DNA of 64,000 nt. It comes from an uncultured delta proteobacterium. Its GTDB lineage: Bacteria > Desulfobacterota > Binatia > UBA9968. How positions within the stretch are numbered: position 1 is the first letter of the stretch; each line of letters starts with the position of its first letter. Positions 40,212 through 52,456 of this stretch are shown here, piece by piece. The notes under the pieces were generated by a model. The model was not told where the DNA came from, searched no databases, and saw only the letters and a program-made list of their open reading frames with translations. Position numbers and translations under genes: made by a program. Where the stretch lies: contig CAVTUQ010000002.1 of the NCBI GenBank assembly GCA_963737905.1, forward strand, positions 608,001-672,000, given 5' to 3'.

Positions 40212-42932
40212 CTAGGGTTTTTCGCGCAGTGCGGCCTGCGCGGCGGCGAGTTTAGCGATGGGAACGCGGAAAGGTGAACAACTTACATAGTCCAACCCGA
40301 CCTCATGGCAAAAGGCAACTGATTTTGGATCACCGCCGTGTTCTCCACAGATACCGATCTCCAGGTTTCGGCGTATTTTGCGTCCTTTTGTGATGGCGAT
40401 CCGCATCAATGCGCCGACTCCGTCACGATCGAGGCTAACGAAGGGATCTTCAGCCAATAGCCCGTCGAGTACATAGGTGGGGAGAAATTTCCCGGCATCA
40501 TCCCGCGACAAGCCCAGACATGTCTGCGTTAGATCGTTGGTGCCGAAAGAGAAAAACTCGGCTTCCTCGGCGATTTCATCGGCCACCAGGCAGGCTCTAG
40601 GAAGCTCTATCATGGTCCCGATCAGATAGCGGACTTTAACCCCATAAGAGGCCATCGTCTCACGAGCGACTTGTTCGACAATCTTCCGCTGTGCGACCAA
40701 TTCTCCACGGGATCCGACCAAAGGAATCATCACCTCCGGAAAAGGATTTTTTCCCTCTTTGCGCAACTCGCATGCCGCTTCGAAGATTGCCCGCGCCTGC
40801 ATCTCGGTGATCTCCGGATAAGAAATCCCCAGACGGCAACCCCGATGCCCCAACATCGGATTGAATTCCTGCAGAACTTTGACTTTATCTCGAAGCCGGT
40901 CAGCCGGAACTCCCATGACTTGTGCTAGTTCAACGATTTCGTCATCCCTATGGGGGAGGAATTCGTGCAATGGAGGATCCAGCGTACGGATGGTCACGGG
41001 AAGATCACCCATGATGTCGAGGATACCTTTGAAGTCTTCTTTTTGCATAGGCAGTAATTTTGCCAATGCCCGCCGCCTTCCCGCTTCGTCGTCCGCCAGA
41101 ATCATCTCGCGTACGGCTTGAATCCTGTCGCCTTGAAAGAACATATGCTCCGTACGGCAGAGACCGATGCCTTCGGCGCCAAAGGCCTTCGCCACGCGCG
41201 CTTGGTCGGGTTGATCCGTATTGGTCCGCACGCCAAGGGTGCGCACTTCATCCGCCCACTTCATGAGCGCGGCGTATTGCTGAAAGACGTGTGACTTCTT
41301 CGGTGTTTTCTCTCCCCCCAGCAGCAGCTGAAGAACCTCAGATGGACGAGTCCGAATTTCTCCCTGGATCACCTCTCCGGTGCTTCCGTCCACTGAGATC
41401 CAATCGCCTTCATTTAATACCAACTCGCCAACCCGCAGCGTGCGCGCTGTATAATCGACGTTCAATGCTTCACATCCGGCCACACAAACCTTTCCCATTT
41501 GCCGGGCGACCAAAGCTGCGTGGGATGTCATCCCTCCCCGGGCTGTAAGAATTCCCTCAGCTGCCTCCATGCCGCGGATATCATCCGGGCTGGTTTCCGT
41601 TCGGCATAGGACGACCTGTTCGCCGTTTTCCCTTCGTGCCACCGCATCCTCTGAGTGAAAAACAATCTTTCCAGTGGCCGCCCCGGGTCCAGCGGGTAGC
41701 CCTTTGGCAAGAATGCGTCCCTCCTTGGCGGCTTGTTCTTTGTCTTTATTGTCAAAAATAGGGCGTAAAAGCTGATTTAGATGGTCTGCCTCAACTCTCA
41801 GTAAAGCTTCCTTCTTGCTGATGATCCGCTCTTTGACCATATCCACCGCGATCCGCACCGCGGCAAAACCAGTCCTCTTACCACCCCGAGTCTGAAGCAT
41901 CCATAGCTTGTTGTCTTCCACCGTGAACTCGATATCCTGCATGTCCTTGTAGTGCGTCTCGAGAATCTTGCAGACCTTTTGAAGTTCTGCGTAGGGCCGG
42001 GGCATTACCGTTTTCAGCTCCGCGATCGGTCTCGGTGTCCGGGTGCCCGCGACCACATCCTCTCCCTGAGCGTTGATGAGAAACTCACCATAGAATGACT
42101 TTTCTCCGGTCGAAGGATTCCGCGTGAAAGCCACACCCGTAGCGCACTTTTCGCCAAGATTTCCAAACACCATGGCTTGGACGTTCACCGCCGTCCCCCA
42201 ATTGTGCGGGATGTGGTAAAGTTCACGGTACGCGACGGCGCGATCGTTGTTCCATGAACCAAAAACAGCTCCTATCGCACCCCAAAGTTGTTGCTCGGGA
42301 TCGCTGGGGAATTCTTTTCCTGTATGCGACTTTACGAGTTCCTTGAATGCAGCGACTAGAGCTTCTAGGTCCTCGGCTTCGAGCTCAGTATCAAAGCGCA
42401 CGCCGCGCTTCTTTTTTCTTCTCTCTAAGATCTCTTCAAACGGGTCACGCTCGGTTCTTTCCTTAGGTTTAAGTCCCAAGACGACATCCGCGTACATTTG
42501 CACAAAGCGCCGATAAGAATCGTACGCAAACCTGGGATTCTGCGTGCGGCGGATTAATCCCTGCACCGTCTCATCATTGAGGCCCAAGTTGAGAACCGTA
42601 TCCATCATTCCGGGCATTGACTCGCGCGCGCCCGAGCGCACGGAGACTAGCAAAGGATTGTCGGAATCGCCGAATCGTCGTCCGAGGATCTTTTCGATTC
42701 TGGCAAGACCCGCCATAACGCCAGATTCCAGCCCCTTCGGGTACTGCCGCTGATGCGCGTAATGGTAGTTACATACGTCAGTTGTGATGGTAAAGCCTGG
42801 CGGCACGGGCGCTCCGATACGTGTCATTTCATGCAGGCCCGCTCCTTTCCCTCCGAGCAGCTCGCGCATGGCTGCTCTGCCTTCGGCTCTACCGCCACCG
42901 AAAAAATAGACTAACTTTTTCTTGTTAAGCAT
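40212..42932 (-). CDS. ppdK: Pyruvate, phosphate dikinase
   Basis: [58 protein letters not shown]. Confidence 0.97.
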   Translation of the reverse strand: MLNKKKLVYFFGGGRAEGRAAMRELLGGKGAGLHEMTRIGAPVPPGFTITTDVCNYHYAHQRQYPKGLESGVMAGLARIEKILGRRFGDSDNPLLVSVRSGARESMPGMMDTVLNLGLNDETVQGLIRRTQNPRFAYDSYRRFVQMYADVVLGLKPKERTERDPFEEILERRKKKRGVRFDTELEAEDLEALVAAFKELVKSHTGKEFPSDPEQQLWGAIGAVFGSWNNDRAVAYRELYHIPHNWGTAVNVQAMVFGNLGEKCATGVAFTRNPSTGEKSFYGEFLINAQGEDVVAGTRTPRPIAELKTVMPRPYAELQKVCKILETHYKDMQDIEFTVEDNKLWMLQTRGGKRTGFAAVRIAVDMVKERIISKKEALLRVEADHLNQLLRPIFDNKDKEQAAKEGRILAKGLPAGPGAATGKIVFHSEDAVARRENGEQVVLCRTETSPDDIRGMEAAEGILTARGGMTSHAALVARQMGKVCVAGCEALNVDYTARTLRVGELVLNEGDWISVDGSTGEVIQGEIRTRPSEVLQLLLGGEKTPKKSHVFQQYAALMKWADEVRTLGVRTNTDQPDQARVAKAFGAEGIGLCRTEHMFFQGDRIQAVREMILADDEAGRRRALAKLLPMQKEDFKGILDIMGDLPVTIRTLDPPLHEFLPHRDDEIVELAQVMGVPADRLRDKVKVLQEFNPMLGHRGCRLGISYPEITEMQARAIFEAACELRKEGKNPFPEVMIPLVGSRGELVAQRKIVEQVARETMASYGVKVRYLIGTMIELPRACLVADEIAEEAEFFSFGTNDLTQTCLGLSRDDAGKFLPTYVLDGLLAEDPFVSLDRDGVGALMRIAITKGRKIRRNLEIGICGEHGGDPKSVAFCHEVGLDYVSCSPFRVPIAKLAAAQAALREKP

Positions 42933-42997
42933 GATCCTCGATCCTTATCCCCGGTTGTTAGAATGCTCGCTACAGCAAAGACCTAGCGGAAGCTACT

Positions 42998-43759
42998 TCA
43001 TGCCAAAGAGAATTGATGAAGAAACGCAGCCGACTTGATCTCCCGCTCCATGTGAAACTCGATGAATCGAATCACGACGGAACGAATCTCCTTTACCACC
43101 CCCGTTGAGAGCGAAATATCCGGTGAGCGTCTTTCCTCTTGGAGGTTCGTCAGGATTTCCAATGTTGCTGCCGAAAGCGAAAAAATTTCTTTCCGCATTC
43201 GCGAACAGGACTCACAAAGAATTCCACCATCCCGCGGACTGAAGTGCCAGCGCGACGCCCATCGATCTCGACGCTCTCTGCCGCAACGTCGGCAACTCTC
43301 CAGCCAGGGCTGATAACCAGCCAATTTAAGGAGCTTAAGCTCAAAAGAGGTTAGAAAAGTTAGCGACGTCGCTTGCTCTTCAAGATGGGTGAGGCCGTCC
43401 TTCAGATGTCTGAACACCAAACGGTTCTCTTCCCGTTCACCAATCAATCCATCTGTAATCTCGACCAGATAAGAAGCAAAGGAAATTTTCTCCAGACTGG
43501 TTAGTAGATGCTTAAACCCGAACGCAAGGTCTGAAGCTATAATAAACACCAAATTACCCTGGGCCCGGTCGTGAAAACGGAGATTGACCAGAGAAAAAGG
43601 TTCTAGAGAATTGACAAAGCGCTTGCGTGAGCGTTTCGCCCCCTTGGCAATGCCGGTAAGTTTCCCATGACTCTCGGTCAGGAAAGATACAATCTTGTCC
43701 GACTCCCCGAAAGCCCAAGTGCGCAACACAATAGCCGGGGTGACGTGGCAAGGAAGCAT
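42998..43759 (-). CDS. recO: DNA repair protein RecO
   Basis: GESDKIV, AKGAKRSRKRF, FELKLL..GYQP.L..C..C and C..C zinc motif. Confidence 0.93.
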   Translation of the reverse strand: MLPCHVTPAIVLRTWAFGESDKIVSFLTESHGKLTGIAKGAKRSRKRFVNSLEPFSLVNLRFHDRAQGNLVFIIASDLAFGFKHLLTSLEKISFASYLVEITDGLIGEREENRLVFRHLKDGLTHLEEQATSLTFLTSFELKLLKLAGYQPWLESCRRCGRERRDRWASRWHFSPRDGGILCESCSRMRKEIFSLSAATLEILTNLQEERRSPDISLSTGVVKEIRSVVIRFIEFHMEREIKSAAFLHQFSLA

Positions 43760-43857
43760 GGTAAAAAATGATCGGAGTTTAAGCTTAAGAGAATTTATCA
43801 CTTTTTATCGAAGCAGACAACTATTTAAAATATCAGAGGTTTTGGCGAAGATGAAAC

Positions 43858-43886
43858 TTGACAATGGAAAACACGATGATTAAGTT
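43858..43886 (+). promoter_or_regulatory. Candidate sigma70 promoter of grpE-dnaK
   Basis: TTGACA-17 nt-TAAGTT. Confidence 0.55.
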
Positions 43887-43911
43887 TCCTAAACCTTTGT
43901 GAGGAAAAATA

Positions 43912-44544
43912 ATGGCCGACGAAAAGATTGACGAACAGACAATGACACCTCCACCCGGTAGCGAAAATGAGCCCTCGTCGAACAATCCGGAATCTGCGAC
44001 ACTAGATCAGGCATCCGAGCTGGCAAAGCTACGCGAACAGCTGGAATCAAAAATGAAAGAAGCCAAGGAGAATTACGACCGCTACCTCCGTCAAGTCGCA
44101 GACCTAGAAAATTTTAGAAAGAGAGCTAGTCGGGAAAGGGACGACGCGATTCGCTTCGCTAATGAGGCTCTGGTCAAAGATCTTCTTCCGGTTGTGGATA
44201 ATCTGGAACGGGCCGTGGCGCATTCAAAAGACGGAGGTAACGGAAAGCCACTTGTAGAAGGTGTCGAGATGGTTCTCAAAGCGTTCTTCGATATTCTCGC
44301 CAAACATGGCGTCGTGCCTATTGCAGCCGTTGGGCGGCCCTTTGATCCCGAGAAACATGAAGCAATGGCTCAAATAGAGAGTGGCACCTACGAACCAAAT
44401 ACGGTCGTCGAAGAATATCACAAGGGTTACCTGCTCCGGGATAGACTCCTTCGCCCTGCCTTGGTAAGCGTAGCTAAGACGCCGAAATCTCAAGGGAAAA
44501 AAAACAGCGGCGGCGAGGTTGAAAACGAACCTGGAGATGATTAA
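43912..44544 (+). CDS. grpE: Nucleotide exchange factor GrpE
   Basis: ADLENFRKR, LLPVVDNLERA, FDPEKHEA, KGYLLRDRLLRPALV. Confidence 0.97.
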   Translation: MADEKIDEQTMTPPPGSENEPSSNNPESATLDQASELAKLREQLESKMKEAKENYDRYLRQVADLENFRKRASRERDDAIRFANEALVKDLLPVVDNLERAVAHSKDGGNGKPLVEGVEMVLKAFFDILAKHGVVPIAAVGRPFDPEKHEAMAQIESGTYEPNTVVEEYHKGYLLRDRLLRPALVSVAKTPKSQGKKNSGGEVENEPGDD

Positions 44545-44594
44545 ATTTTCACTTGATTATCCGAAATCTTACAGAATTTTAAGGAGTAATTAAG

Positions 44595-46514
44595 ATGGCA
44601 AAAGTTATTGGCATTGACCTCGGGACAACCAACTCCTGCGTTGCAATTATGGAGAGTGGCGACCCGACCGTTCTCGCCAACTCAGAAGGCAGTCGCACGA
44701 CCCCGTCTGTGGTCGCTTTTACCGATAGCGGTGAGAGATTGGTCGGGCAAATCGCTAGAAGGCAGGCCATCACCAACCCTGAAAACACTATTTTTGCCGT
44801 CAAGCGTTTGATCGGCAGGCGTAGTGACGATCCTCTGGTTCAGAAGGCAGCCAAGGTGTTGCCCTATAAGGTGGTTCGTAACGAGAACGGTGACGCCTGG
44901 GTGGAAATTCGGGGTAAACAGTATAGTCCGGCAGAAATTTCGGCTTTTATCTTACAGAAGATGAAGCAGACCGCAGAAGACTATCTTGGTGAAAAGGTAA
45001 CCGAGGCTGTGATCACCGTACCGGCTTACTTTAATGACAGCCAGAGGCAGGCCACCAAGGATGCCGGACGCATTGCAGGGCTTAACGTATTGCGCATTAT
45101 CAATGAACCTACAGCCGCCTCTCTCGCGTACGGACTGGACAAGAAGAAAGACGAGAAGATCGCCGTCTTCGACCTTGGTGGCGGAACATTCGATATATCG
45201 ATATTGGAACTGGGTGACGGTGTCTTCGAAGTTAAAGCAACAAATGGGGATACCTTTCTGGGCGGTGAAGACTTCGACCAAAGAATCATCGATTACCTCG
45301 CAGATGAATTCAAAAAAGATCAAGGGATTGATCTGCGCAAAGATCGAATGGCGCTGCAGCGCTTAAAAGAAGCGGCGGAAAAGGCAAAATGCGAGCTCTC
45401 TTCTTCTATGGAGACCGATATTAACCTGCCGTTTATCACCGCGGATCAGCAAGGACCAAAGCATCTCAACATGAAATTGACCCGCTCTAAGCTTGAGGCG
45501 CTGTGTGCGGATTTGATCGATCGTACGGAAGGCCCATGCCGGCAAGCGCTTAAGGATGCTGGACTCTCCCCCAGCGACATCAATGAAGTTATTTTGGTAG
45601 GGGGCATGACTCGCATGCCTGCCGTGCAGGAACGAGTAAAGAAAATCTTCGGTAAAGATCCCCACAAAGGGGTCAACCCCGATGAGGTTGTCGCTGTAGG
45701 GGCTGCCATCCAGGCCGCCGTTTTGAAAGGTGAGGTCAAGGATGTGTTACTTCTCGATGTTACGCCCCTTTCACTGGGGATCGAGACCCTTGGCGGGGTA
45801 TTTACAAAATTAATTGAGCGCAACACCACGATACCGACGAAGAAAAGCCAAATCTTCTCCACAGCCCAAGATAACCAAACCGCCGTGTCGATTCGCGTAT
45901 TTCAAGGAGAGCGGGAGATGGCGGTCAATAACAAGCTTTTGGGGCAATTTGATCTGGTTGGAATTCCGGTAGCGCCGCGCGGGGTCCCACAGGTTGAAGT
46001 GACTTTCGACATCGATGCCAATGGTATTGTTCACGTCGCGGCCAAAGACCTCGGTACGGGCAAAGAGCAGTCCATCAAAATTACCGCATCGAGCGGTCTC
46101 AGCGAAGATGAGATAAAACAGATGGTCAAAGATGCTGAAGCCCATGCCGCAGAAGACAAGAAACACAAAGAGACGGTCGAAGCACGCAATCAGCTTGACT
46201 CGCTTGTCTACTCGACAGAGAAATCGCTCAAGGAGTATGGAGGCGACTTGGATGCCGGCGTCAAAGAAAATATTGACAGCGCGCTCAAGAAAGCCAAAGA
46301 GGTCTTGGAAGGACAAGATGCCCAGGCGATGCGCTCGGCTGCCGAGCAACTGAGTCAGTCTTCTCATAAACTAGCGGAAGCTATGTATGCTAAGGCTTCG
46401 CGACAACAACCGGAGCAGGAGGCTTCGGGAGACGCCAAGGAACAGCCGACGAGCGACGGTAAGAAAAAGAAAGACGATGTCGTCGATGCGGACTTCGAGG
46501 AGGTTAAAGACTAG
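44595..46514 (+). CDS. dnaK: Chaperone DnaK
   Basis: [26 protein letters not shown]-terminal DADFEEV. Confidence 0.99.
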   Translation: MAKVIGIDLGTTNSCVAIMESGDPTVLANSEGSRTTPSVVAFTDSGERLVGQIARRQAITNPENTIFAVKRLIGRRSDDPLVQKAAKVLPYKVVRNENGDAWVEIRGKQYSPAEISAFILQKMKQTAEDYLGEKVTEAVITVPAYFNDSQRQATKDAGRIAGLNVLRIINEPTAASLAYGLDKKKDEKIAVFDLGGGTFDISILELGDGVFEVKATNGDTFLGGEDFDQRIIDYLADEFKKDQGIDLRKDRMALQRLKEAAEKAKCELSSSMETDINLPFITADQQGPKHLNMKLTRSKLEALCADLIDRTEGPCRQALKDAGLSPSDINEVILVGGMTRMPAVQERVKKIFGKDPHKGVNPDEVVAVGAAIQAAVLKGEVKDVLLLDVTPLSLGIETLGGVFTKLIERNTTIPTKKSQIFSTAQDNQTAVSIRVFQGEREMAVNNKLLGQFDLVGIPVAPRGVPQVEVTFDIDANGIVHVAAKDLGTGKEQSIKITASSGLSEDEIKQMVKDAEAHAAEDKKHKETVEARNQLDSLVYSTEKSLKEYGGDLDAGVKENIDSALKKAKEVLEGQDAQAMRSAAEQLSQSSHKLAEAMYAKASRQQPEQEASGDAKEQPTSDGKKKKDDVVDADFEEVKD

Positions 46515-46561
46515 AACTAGATTTCCTAAAGTAACGCAGTGACTGATCTTCGTGACAAAAA

Positions 46562-46605
46562 AGAAAGCCCCTGCTCCTACTTTTGATTGAGGAGAGGGGC
46601 TTTCT
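46562..46605 (+). terminator. Stem-loop/terminator between dnaK and dnaJ
   Basis: AGAAAGCCCCT...AGGGGCTTTCT inverted repeat. Confidence 0.7.
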
Positions 46606-46634
46606 AACGTATGCAGATTTTTTGAGGTCCAGAC

Positions 46635-47744
46635 TTGAGCGATAAAAGAGATTATTACGACTTGCTAGGTGTCGATCGCGGCGTCGGCGAAGACGAGATA
46701 AAGAAGGCTTATCGCAAGCTTGCGCTAAAGTACCACCCGGATCGCAATCCTGGTGATAAACAAGCAGAGGCCAATTTCAGGGATGTCTCGGAGGCTTATC
46801 AGGTCCTATCGGATTCACAGAAGCGCGCCCAGTATGACCAGTTCGGTCACGCGGCGTTCGGTAATGGCGGTCCGTTTAGCGGCGGATTCGATTTCACTGC
46901 GGGATTCGAAGATGTCTTTGGTGACATCTTCGGCGAGTTCTTCGGCGGCACGAGCCGCCGCAGGAGTCGCGCCCGCGGAGAAGATCTCCGCTACAATCTA
47001 ACCTTAACTTTTGAGGAAGCCGTCACGGGCACCGAAAAGAAAGTCAAAATACCCAGACAAGGTCCGTGCGAGGTCTGCCACGGCAACGGTGCTAAACTCG
47101 GAACCGCGCCGCAGACTTGTCCAACCTGTCGCGGCAGAGGACAGGTGAGCTTTCAACAAGGTTTCTTCAGCGTTTCGAGGACCTGCAACCAATGTCAAGG
47201 CCACGGTACTATCATCAAAGATCCCTGTGCAACCTGCGGCGGCACAGGTCGCGTACGGAAGTTACACACCCTCAGCATCAAGATCCCGGCCGGTGTCGAT
47301 ACCGGATCACGGCTCAAACTGAGAAATGAAGGGGAAAGCGCGCCCACCGGGGGAGCCCCGGGAGATCTTTACGTCGTCATCCAGGTGGACCCTCATCCGA
47401 TCTTTGTTCGCGACAACCTGGACATTGTTTGCGACGTTCCCATAAGTTTCGTGCAAGCGGCCCTGGGTACAGAAATCGATGTGCCGACTTTGGACGGCAA
47501 AGTTAAAATGAAAATTCCTGCGGGGACGCAATCCGGCAAACTTTTTCGCATGAAGGGCAAGGGTGTGAAAGACGTTCAAGGATACGAGCAGGGCGACCAG
47601 CATGTGCGCGTCGTCGTGGAAACACCGACTCACCTGACGCCACGCCAGAAAGAGCTTCTGAAAGAATTTGCTGTTAGCGGTGGAGAGGAAGTCAATCCTC
47701 TCTCGAAAGGCTTTTTTGATAAGGTTAAAGAACTATTCGGGTAG
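46635..47744 (+). CDS. dnaJ: Chaperone DnaJ (TTG start)
   Basis: HPD motif, G/F region and four CxxCxGxG repeats. Confidence 0.98.
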   Translation: MSDKRDYYDLLGVDRGVGEDEIKKAYRKLALKYHPDRNPGDKQAEANFRDVSEAYQVLSDSQKRAQYDQFGHAAFGNGGPFSGGFDFTAGFEDVFGDIFGEFFGGTSRRRSRARGEDLRYNLTLTFEEAVTGTEKKVKIPRQGPCEVCHGNGAKLGTAPQTCPTCRGRGQVSFQQGFFSVSRTCNQCQGHGTIIKDPCATCGGTGRVRKLHTLSIKIPAGVDTGSRLKLRNEGESAPTGGAPGDLYVVIQVDPHPIFVRDNLDIVCDVPISFVQAALGTEIDVPTLDGKVKMKIPAGTQSGKLFRMKGKGVKDVQGYEQGDQHVRVVVETPTHLTPRQKELLKEFAVSGGEEVNPLSKGFFDKVKELFG

Positions 47745-47827
47745 ACCTGCGAGTCCCAGGAACATCCCTGTCCGGCTCTTATTTGCCTCCAACCACTACC
47801 AAAGACACGTCGGCCCCAAGATTTGTG

Positions 47828-47856
47828 TTGACCTCTAACCCCACTGTGACTAAGGT
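47828..47856 (+). promoter_or_regulatory. Candidate sigma70 promoter of lon
   Basis: TTGACC-17 nt-TAAGGT. Confidence 0.45.
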
Positions 47857-47867
47857 GATGGAAGATT

Positions 47868-50375
47868 ATGAGTGAAGCTGAATGGAAAATTGAAGGTCAA
47901 GAGGGCAAGGGGTCGCAGGTAGAGATTCCGGATGTACTGCCTCTTCTGCCGATTCGCGACATCGTGATTTACCCTTACATGATGTTGCCACTGTTCGTCG
48001 GCCGGGACGTCTCAATCCGTGCTGTTGAAGAGTCTCTCTCCCGTGACCGACTCATTTTCTTGGTCGCGCAAAAAAATTCCGCCGAAGAAGTTCCGACTCC
48101 GTCGGACATCAACCGCGTCGGAACCATCGCTTCGATCATGCGCATGCTCAAGCTTGCAGATGGCCGGGTTAAGATTCTTGTCCAAGGTTTGTCAAAAGGG
48201 GAAGTCGACACCTACTTGCGCGAGCGACCCTTCTTTGAAGTCAAAATACGTAAGGTCATCGAACCCACGCTGCCCGAGGTCCCCATCGAGGTCGAAGCCT
48301 TGATGCGTACCGCTAAGGAAAAAATAGAACAGATCCTAAATCTAAAAAATCTGCCGCCTGAAATCGTCATGGTCACGGACAACATAAGTGATCCTGGCGT
48401 ACTGGCGGATCTCGTGGCGTCAAACCTGCGCCTCAAAATTGAAGAGAGCCAGGCGATTCTCGAGATTTTTGATCCCATTGACCGTTTAAAAAAAGTCAAT
48501 GAACTCCTTAGCCGCGAGTTGGAGCTGTCGACGATGCAGGCCCGGATCCAAAATCAAGCCAAGGAGGAGATGAGCAAAACCCAAAGAGATTATTTTCTGC
48601 GTGAACAGCTAAAGCAGATCCAGCAGGAATTGGGTGAGGGCGACGAACGCACTGAGGAAATCAACGAGCTTAAGAAGCAGCTCGATAAAGCCAAGATGCC
48701 CGCGGATGTGAAACGGGAGGCCGACAAGCAACTCAAGCGATTAGAGCAGATGCACCCGGAATCTTCCGAGGCATCCCTAGTGCGCACCTACCTGGACTGG
48801 CTGGTGGACCTGCCCTGGAGCAAAAAAACCAAAGACAATCTCAATATTAAAAAAGCCAAACAGGTCCTCGATGAAGATCACTACAACCTGGAGAAAATCA
48901 AAGAACGGATTTTGGAATACCTCGCGGTCAACAAGCTGAGACGGAAGATCAAGGGCCCCATTCTCTGTTTTGTCGGTCCCCCCGGGGTTGGAAAAACTTC
49001 TCTGGGAAGATCCGTCGCGCGCGCTTTGGGGAGAAACTTCGTCCGCGTATCCCTGGGCGGTGTTCGCGATGAGGCAGAGATTCGCGGCCATCGGCGGACC
49101 TATGTGGGCGCTTTGCCGGGTCGTGTCATTCAGGGAATCAAACAAGCCGGGTCGAACAATCCGGTGTTCATGCTAGATGAAATCGACAAAGTCGGAGCTG
49201 ACTTCCGTGGGGACCCTTCAGCAGCTTTGCTTGAGGTTTTGGACCCCGAGCAAAACCATGCCTTCAGCGATCATTACCTGAATTTGCCTTTCGACCTTTC
49301 TAATGTCCTGTTCATATGCACCGCAAACATGCTGGACCCGATTCCGCCTGCCTTGGCGGATCGGATGGAAGTCATCCATCTCTCAGGTTACACCAACGAA
49401 GAGAAACTGGAGATTGCTCGCAAATACTTGCTCCCAAGACAACTCGAAGACAACGGCATCTCAAGCAAGTATCTCGAGTTCTCCGATGACGCCGTGTTGC
49501 GCATTATCGCCGAGTACACCAAAGAGGCAGGTTTAAGGAACCTCGAGCGGGAGATCGCCTCTATTTGCCGCAAGGTTGCACGAAAGATTGCGGAGGAAAA
49601 AAAAGATCCTACCCGCATCACCCGCGCCAACCTTCACTCATTCTTGGGCGCGCCAAAATTTCTACCGGAAACCGAACAGGAACACCATGAAATCGGCGTT
49701 GCCACTGGGCTTGCGTGGACAAGCGCTGGTGGTGAGCTTCTCTTTGTCGAAGCCTCCCTTTCAAAGGGGCGAGGAAATTTGACCTTGACGGGACAATTAG
49801 GCGATGTCATGAAAGAGTCCGCTCAAGCCGCGGTCAGTTACGCTCGCGCCCACGCACGCAAGTTGGGAATCGAGGAAGATTTTTATCAGAAGCTCGATAT
49901 CCACATCCATGTCCCTGCAGGAGCCATCCCCAAGGACGGACCCTCAGCCGGAATCACCGTGGCGACCGCCCTGATTTCCGCTCTGACAAAGCGGGCGGTA
50001 AGCCGGGATGTGGCAATGACCGGAGAGATCACGCTGCGCGGCAGAGTGCTGCCTATTGGCGGGCTAAAAGAAAAATCTTTGGCCGCCTTTCGGGCAGGGA
50101 TTAAGACGATTATCCTTCCCGAAAGGAACGAAAAGGATCTTGACGAGGTTCCCAAATCGCTCCGCCGTAGGCTTCGATGGATCGTCGTTACGAACATGTC
50201 GGACGTGCTAAAAATTGCTTTGCTGCCAGAGCACAGTCGTGCTCGGCGCGCTGAATACACAGGCGCTGCTAAAACAAAACTTAGAGCACGCAAGGGAAGA
50301 CGCTGGAAGCGCAGCGAAAGACCTTTACGAAAAAATCAAAGAGAAAGATCCATTCCACTTATACCCAGCCACTAA
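47868..50375 (+). CDS. lon: ATP-dependent Lon protease
   Basis: GPPGVGKTS, HRRTYVGALPG, PKDGPSAG, IGGLKEK. Confidence 0.98.
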   Translation: MSEAEWKIEGQEGKGSQVEIPDVLPLLPIRDIVIYPYMMLPLFVGRDVSIRAVEESLSRDRLIFLVAQKNSAEEVPTPSDINRVGTIASIMRMLKLADGRVKILVQGLSKGEVDTYLRERPFFEVKIRKVIEPTLPEVPIEVEALMRTAKEKIEQILNLKNLPPEIVMVTDNISDPGVLADLVASNLRLKIEESQAILEIFDPIDRLKKVNELLSRELELSTMQARIQNQAKEEMSKTQRDYFLREQLKQIQQELGEGDERTEEINELKKQLDKAKMPADVKREADKQLKRLEQMHPESSEASLVRTYLDWLVDLPWSKKTKDNLNIKKAKQVLDEDHYNLEKIKERILEYLAVNKLRRKIKGPILCFVGPPGVGKTSLGRSVARALGRNFVRVSLGGVRDEAEIRGHRRTYVGALPGRVIQGIKQAGSNNPVFMLDEIDKVGADFRGDPSAALLEVLDPEQNHAFSDHYLNLPFDLSNVLFICTANMLDPIPPALADRMEVIHLSGYTNEEKLEIARKYLLPRQLEDNGISSKYLEFSDDAVLRIIAEYTKEAGLRNLEREIASICRKVARKIAEEKKDPTRITRANLHSFLGAPKFLPETEQEHHEIGVATGLAWTSAGGELLFVEASLSKGRGNLTLTGQLGDVMKESAQAAVSYARAHARKLGIEEDFYQKLDIHIHVPAGAIPKDGPSAGITVATALISALTKRAVSRDVAMTGEITLRGRVLPIGGLKEKSLAAFRAGIKTIILPERNEKDLDEVPKSLRRRLRWIVVTNMSDVLKIALLPEHSRARRAEYTGAAKTKLRARKGRRWKRSERPLRKNQRERSIPLIPSH

Positions 50376-50456
50376 CTTATAGTGCACGCAAAGCTGTTTT
50401 GGTCCGTCTCGCTGTGATTTCACTCGTTGAATACCAAGTGTAGCGGCCATCCCCCA

Positions 50457-51446
50457 ATGAAACTCAGTCGTTTAGGTGAGTTTGGTTTGATCGAACGGGT
50501 GCGGCACGCGACGGCTCCTGGACGCGGTGTCAACCTAGGCATTGGTGACGATGCGGCCTGGGTCCAGACAAGGTCCGGTTCATGTCTATTGACAGCAGAT
50601 CTTCTGATACAGGGTGTCCATTTCGACCTTAAATGGACATCGCTCTACGCCCTCGGTTATAAGACTCTTGCCGTCAACATGAGTGACATCGCGTCTATGG
50701 GAGGTACACCCGCTTATCTGCTTCTCTCTCTTGGAATTCCTGCCGCCTTTGAGATTGAGGATGTGGAGGAGTTCTATCGCGGTATTCGCTCTTTGGCTCT
50801 AGAGAGCGACGTCTCCTTGGTCGGAGGAGATACCAGCGTCGCGAAATCTTTGTTTATCTCAGCCTGCTTAGTGGGGCAGGCGCCTTATCGGCCTATCACT
50901 CGCAGCGGAGCACAAGTCGGGGACGACATCTATGTCACCGGCACACTAGGCGACTCGGCTCTGGGCTTGAAGTTGCTCAAACGAAAGTCGCCTAAGCTCA
51001 GACAGCGCGCGGGCAAGTTTCTTGTCTCGCGACATCGATTTCCCAGTGCTAGACTCCGAGCCGGAGCTAAATTAGCGCGAGAGAAGCTCGCGCGCGCCAT
51101 GATCGACATCAGCGATGGATTGCTTCAGGACTTAAGCCACATCTGCAAAGCCAGCCATATCGGCGCTGTCGTTGCAGAGGAGAAGCTACCGCTCTCGCCA
51201 GCATATCGCTCTCTGGCTGGACAGTATCGGACGCGTTACGCGCTCGCCGGCGGGGAGGACTACGAACTTCTCTTCTGTGCCCGGCGACGCGATCGGTCGC
51301 GTATCGAAAAACTTCAAGGGCACATTGATACTCCGATTACCCGTATCGGTGTCTGTGTCCGTGCGCGCGACGGCATGACGGTCTTGAACCGGAAGGGTCA
51401 ACACATTTCTTTCCGCACTTGGGGTTACGACCACTTTAAACATTGA
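50457..51446 (+). CDS. thiL: Thiamine-monophosphate kinase
   Basis: GEFGLI, GIGDDAA, NMSDIASMGG, GGDT, IDISDG, GGEDYEL. Confidence 0.96.
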   Translation: MKLSRLGEFGLIERVRHATAPGRGVNLGIGDDAAWVQTRSGSCLLTADLLIQGVHFDLKWTSLYALGYKTLAVNMSDIASMGGTPAYLLLSLGIPAAFEIEDVEEFYRGIRSLALESDVSLVGGDTSVAKSLFISACLVGQAPYRPITRSGAQVGDDIYVTGTLGDSALGLKLLKRKSPKLRQRAGKFLVSRHRFPSARLRAGAKLAREKLARAMIDISDGLLQDLSHICKASHIGAVVAEEKLPLSPAYRSLAGQYRTRYALAGGEDYELLFCARRRDRSRIEKLQGHIDTPITRIGVCVRARDGMTVLNRKGQHISFRTWGYDHFKH

Positions 51447-51500
51447 TAGAAGGGTCCCCAGAATACTGACAGTAGCGCTGTGATTGAGACAAAGCCCTAA

Positions 51501-52250
51501 ATGGACTCGGAACGTATCGCAGAACTTTTAACAGAAGTTCGGCAGGGAAAAGTTAGCGTAGCGCAGGCGTTGGCGCGCTTGCGCCATCTCCCCTTCGAAG
51601 ATCTTGGATTTGCGAAAGTCGATCATCATCGCGCCCTGCGTCGGGGTTTCCCCGAAGTCATCATGGGACAAGGCAAAGAACCAAGAGAGATTGCGGGTAT
51701 TGTACGGGCTTTACGCCGCCGCAAAGCAAACGTACTTGTAACCCGGCTGTCAGCTGAGAAAATGACAGCGGTTAAAAGGCTGGCTTCCGGGCTCAAATAT
51801 CATGCCGCGGCGCGCGCCGCGACCTGGATCGGGAAGCCGATAAAGATTACAGGCAAGGGTGCGGTGTTGGTGGTTTGCGCCGGCACTTCTGATATACCCG
51901 TCGCTGAGGAGGCCGCGCTAACGGCTGTTATGATGGGCAACCGAGTCGAAAAGCTTTTTGACGTCGGTGTGGCAGGAATTCACCGTCTCCTAGGAAACAG
52001 ACAGCAGCTATACGCCGCCTCGGTTGTTATCGTAATCGCCGGTATGGAGGGAGCGTTGCCGAGTGTCGTTGCCGGACTGATCGATAAGCCGGTTATTGCG
52101 GTGCCTACCAGCGTCGGATATGGGGCGAGTTTCAATGGACTTGCCGCGCTGCTGGCAATGCTCAATTCATGCGCCTCTGGCATAACGGTGGTCAATATTG
52201 ATAATGGCTTTGGAGCGGGATTTGCGGCGAGCCTCATAAACCGGGTATAA
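51501..52250 (+). CDS. larB: Nickel-pincer cofactor biosynthesis protein LarB
   Basis: DHHRALRRGFPE, AGTSDIPVAEEA, AGMEGALPS, PTSVGYG, VVNIDNGFGA. Confidence 0.93.
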   Translation: MDSERIAELLTEVRQGKVSVAQALARLRHLPFEDLGFAKVDHHRALRRGFPEVIMGQGKEPREIAGIVRALRRRKANVLVTRLSAEKMTAVKRLASGLKYHAAARAATWIGKPIKITGKGAVLVVCAGTSDIPVAEEAALTAVMMGNRVEKLFDVGVAGIHRLLGNRQQLYAASVVIVIAGMEGALPSVVAGLIDKPVIAVPTSVGYGASFNGLAALLAMLNSCASGITVVNIDNGFGAGFAASLINRV

Positions 52251-52456
52251 AGAGATTCAGTGTACACACGGCGATCCAACGAAAGAGAACTTACAACATA
52301 ACAGACTATCTGTTCCACACCGAAAGAGGAGCATGGTCTTTTCCAACAACGCTAAAGAGGATGCCCCAACCCGCCGATATCTTAAAAAACGCTCTCTCGT
52401 GCTAATTCAACGCCAACCCAGTGATCAGGCCACGACTAATTCCACAGGCATGAATC

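Noticed and set aside
43800-44594. CIRCE/HrcA control of grpE-dnaK-dnaJ
   Set aside because: No TTAGCACTC-N9-GAGTGCTAA element was seen and hrcA is not in the window.
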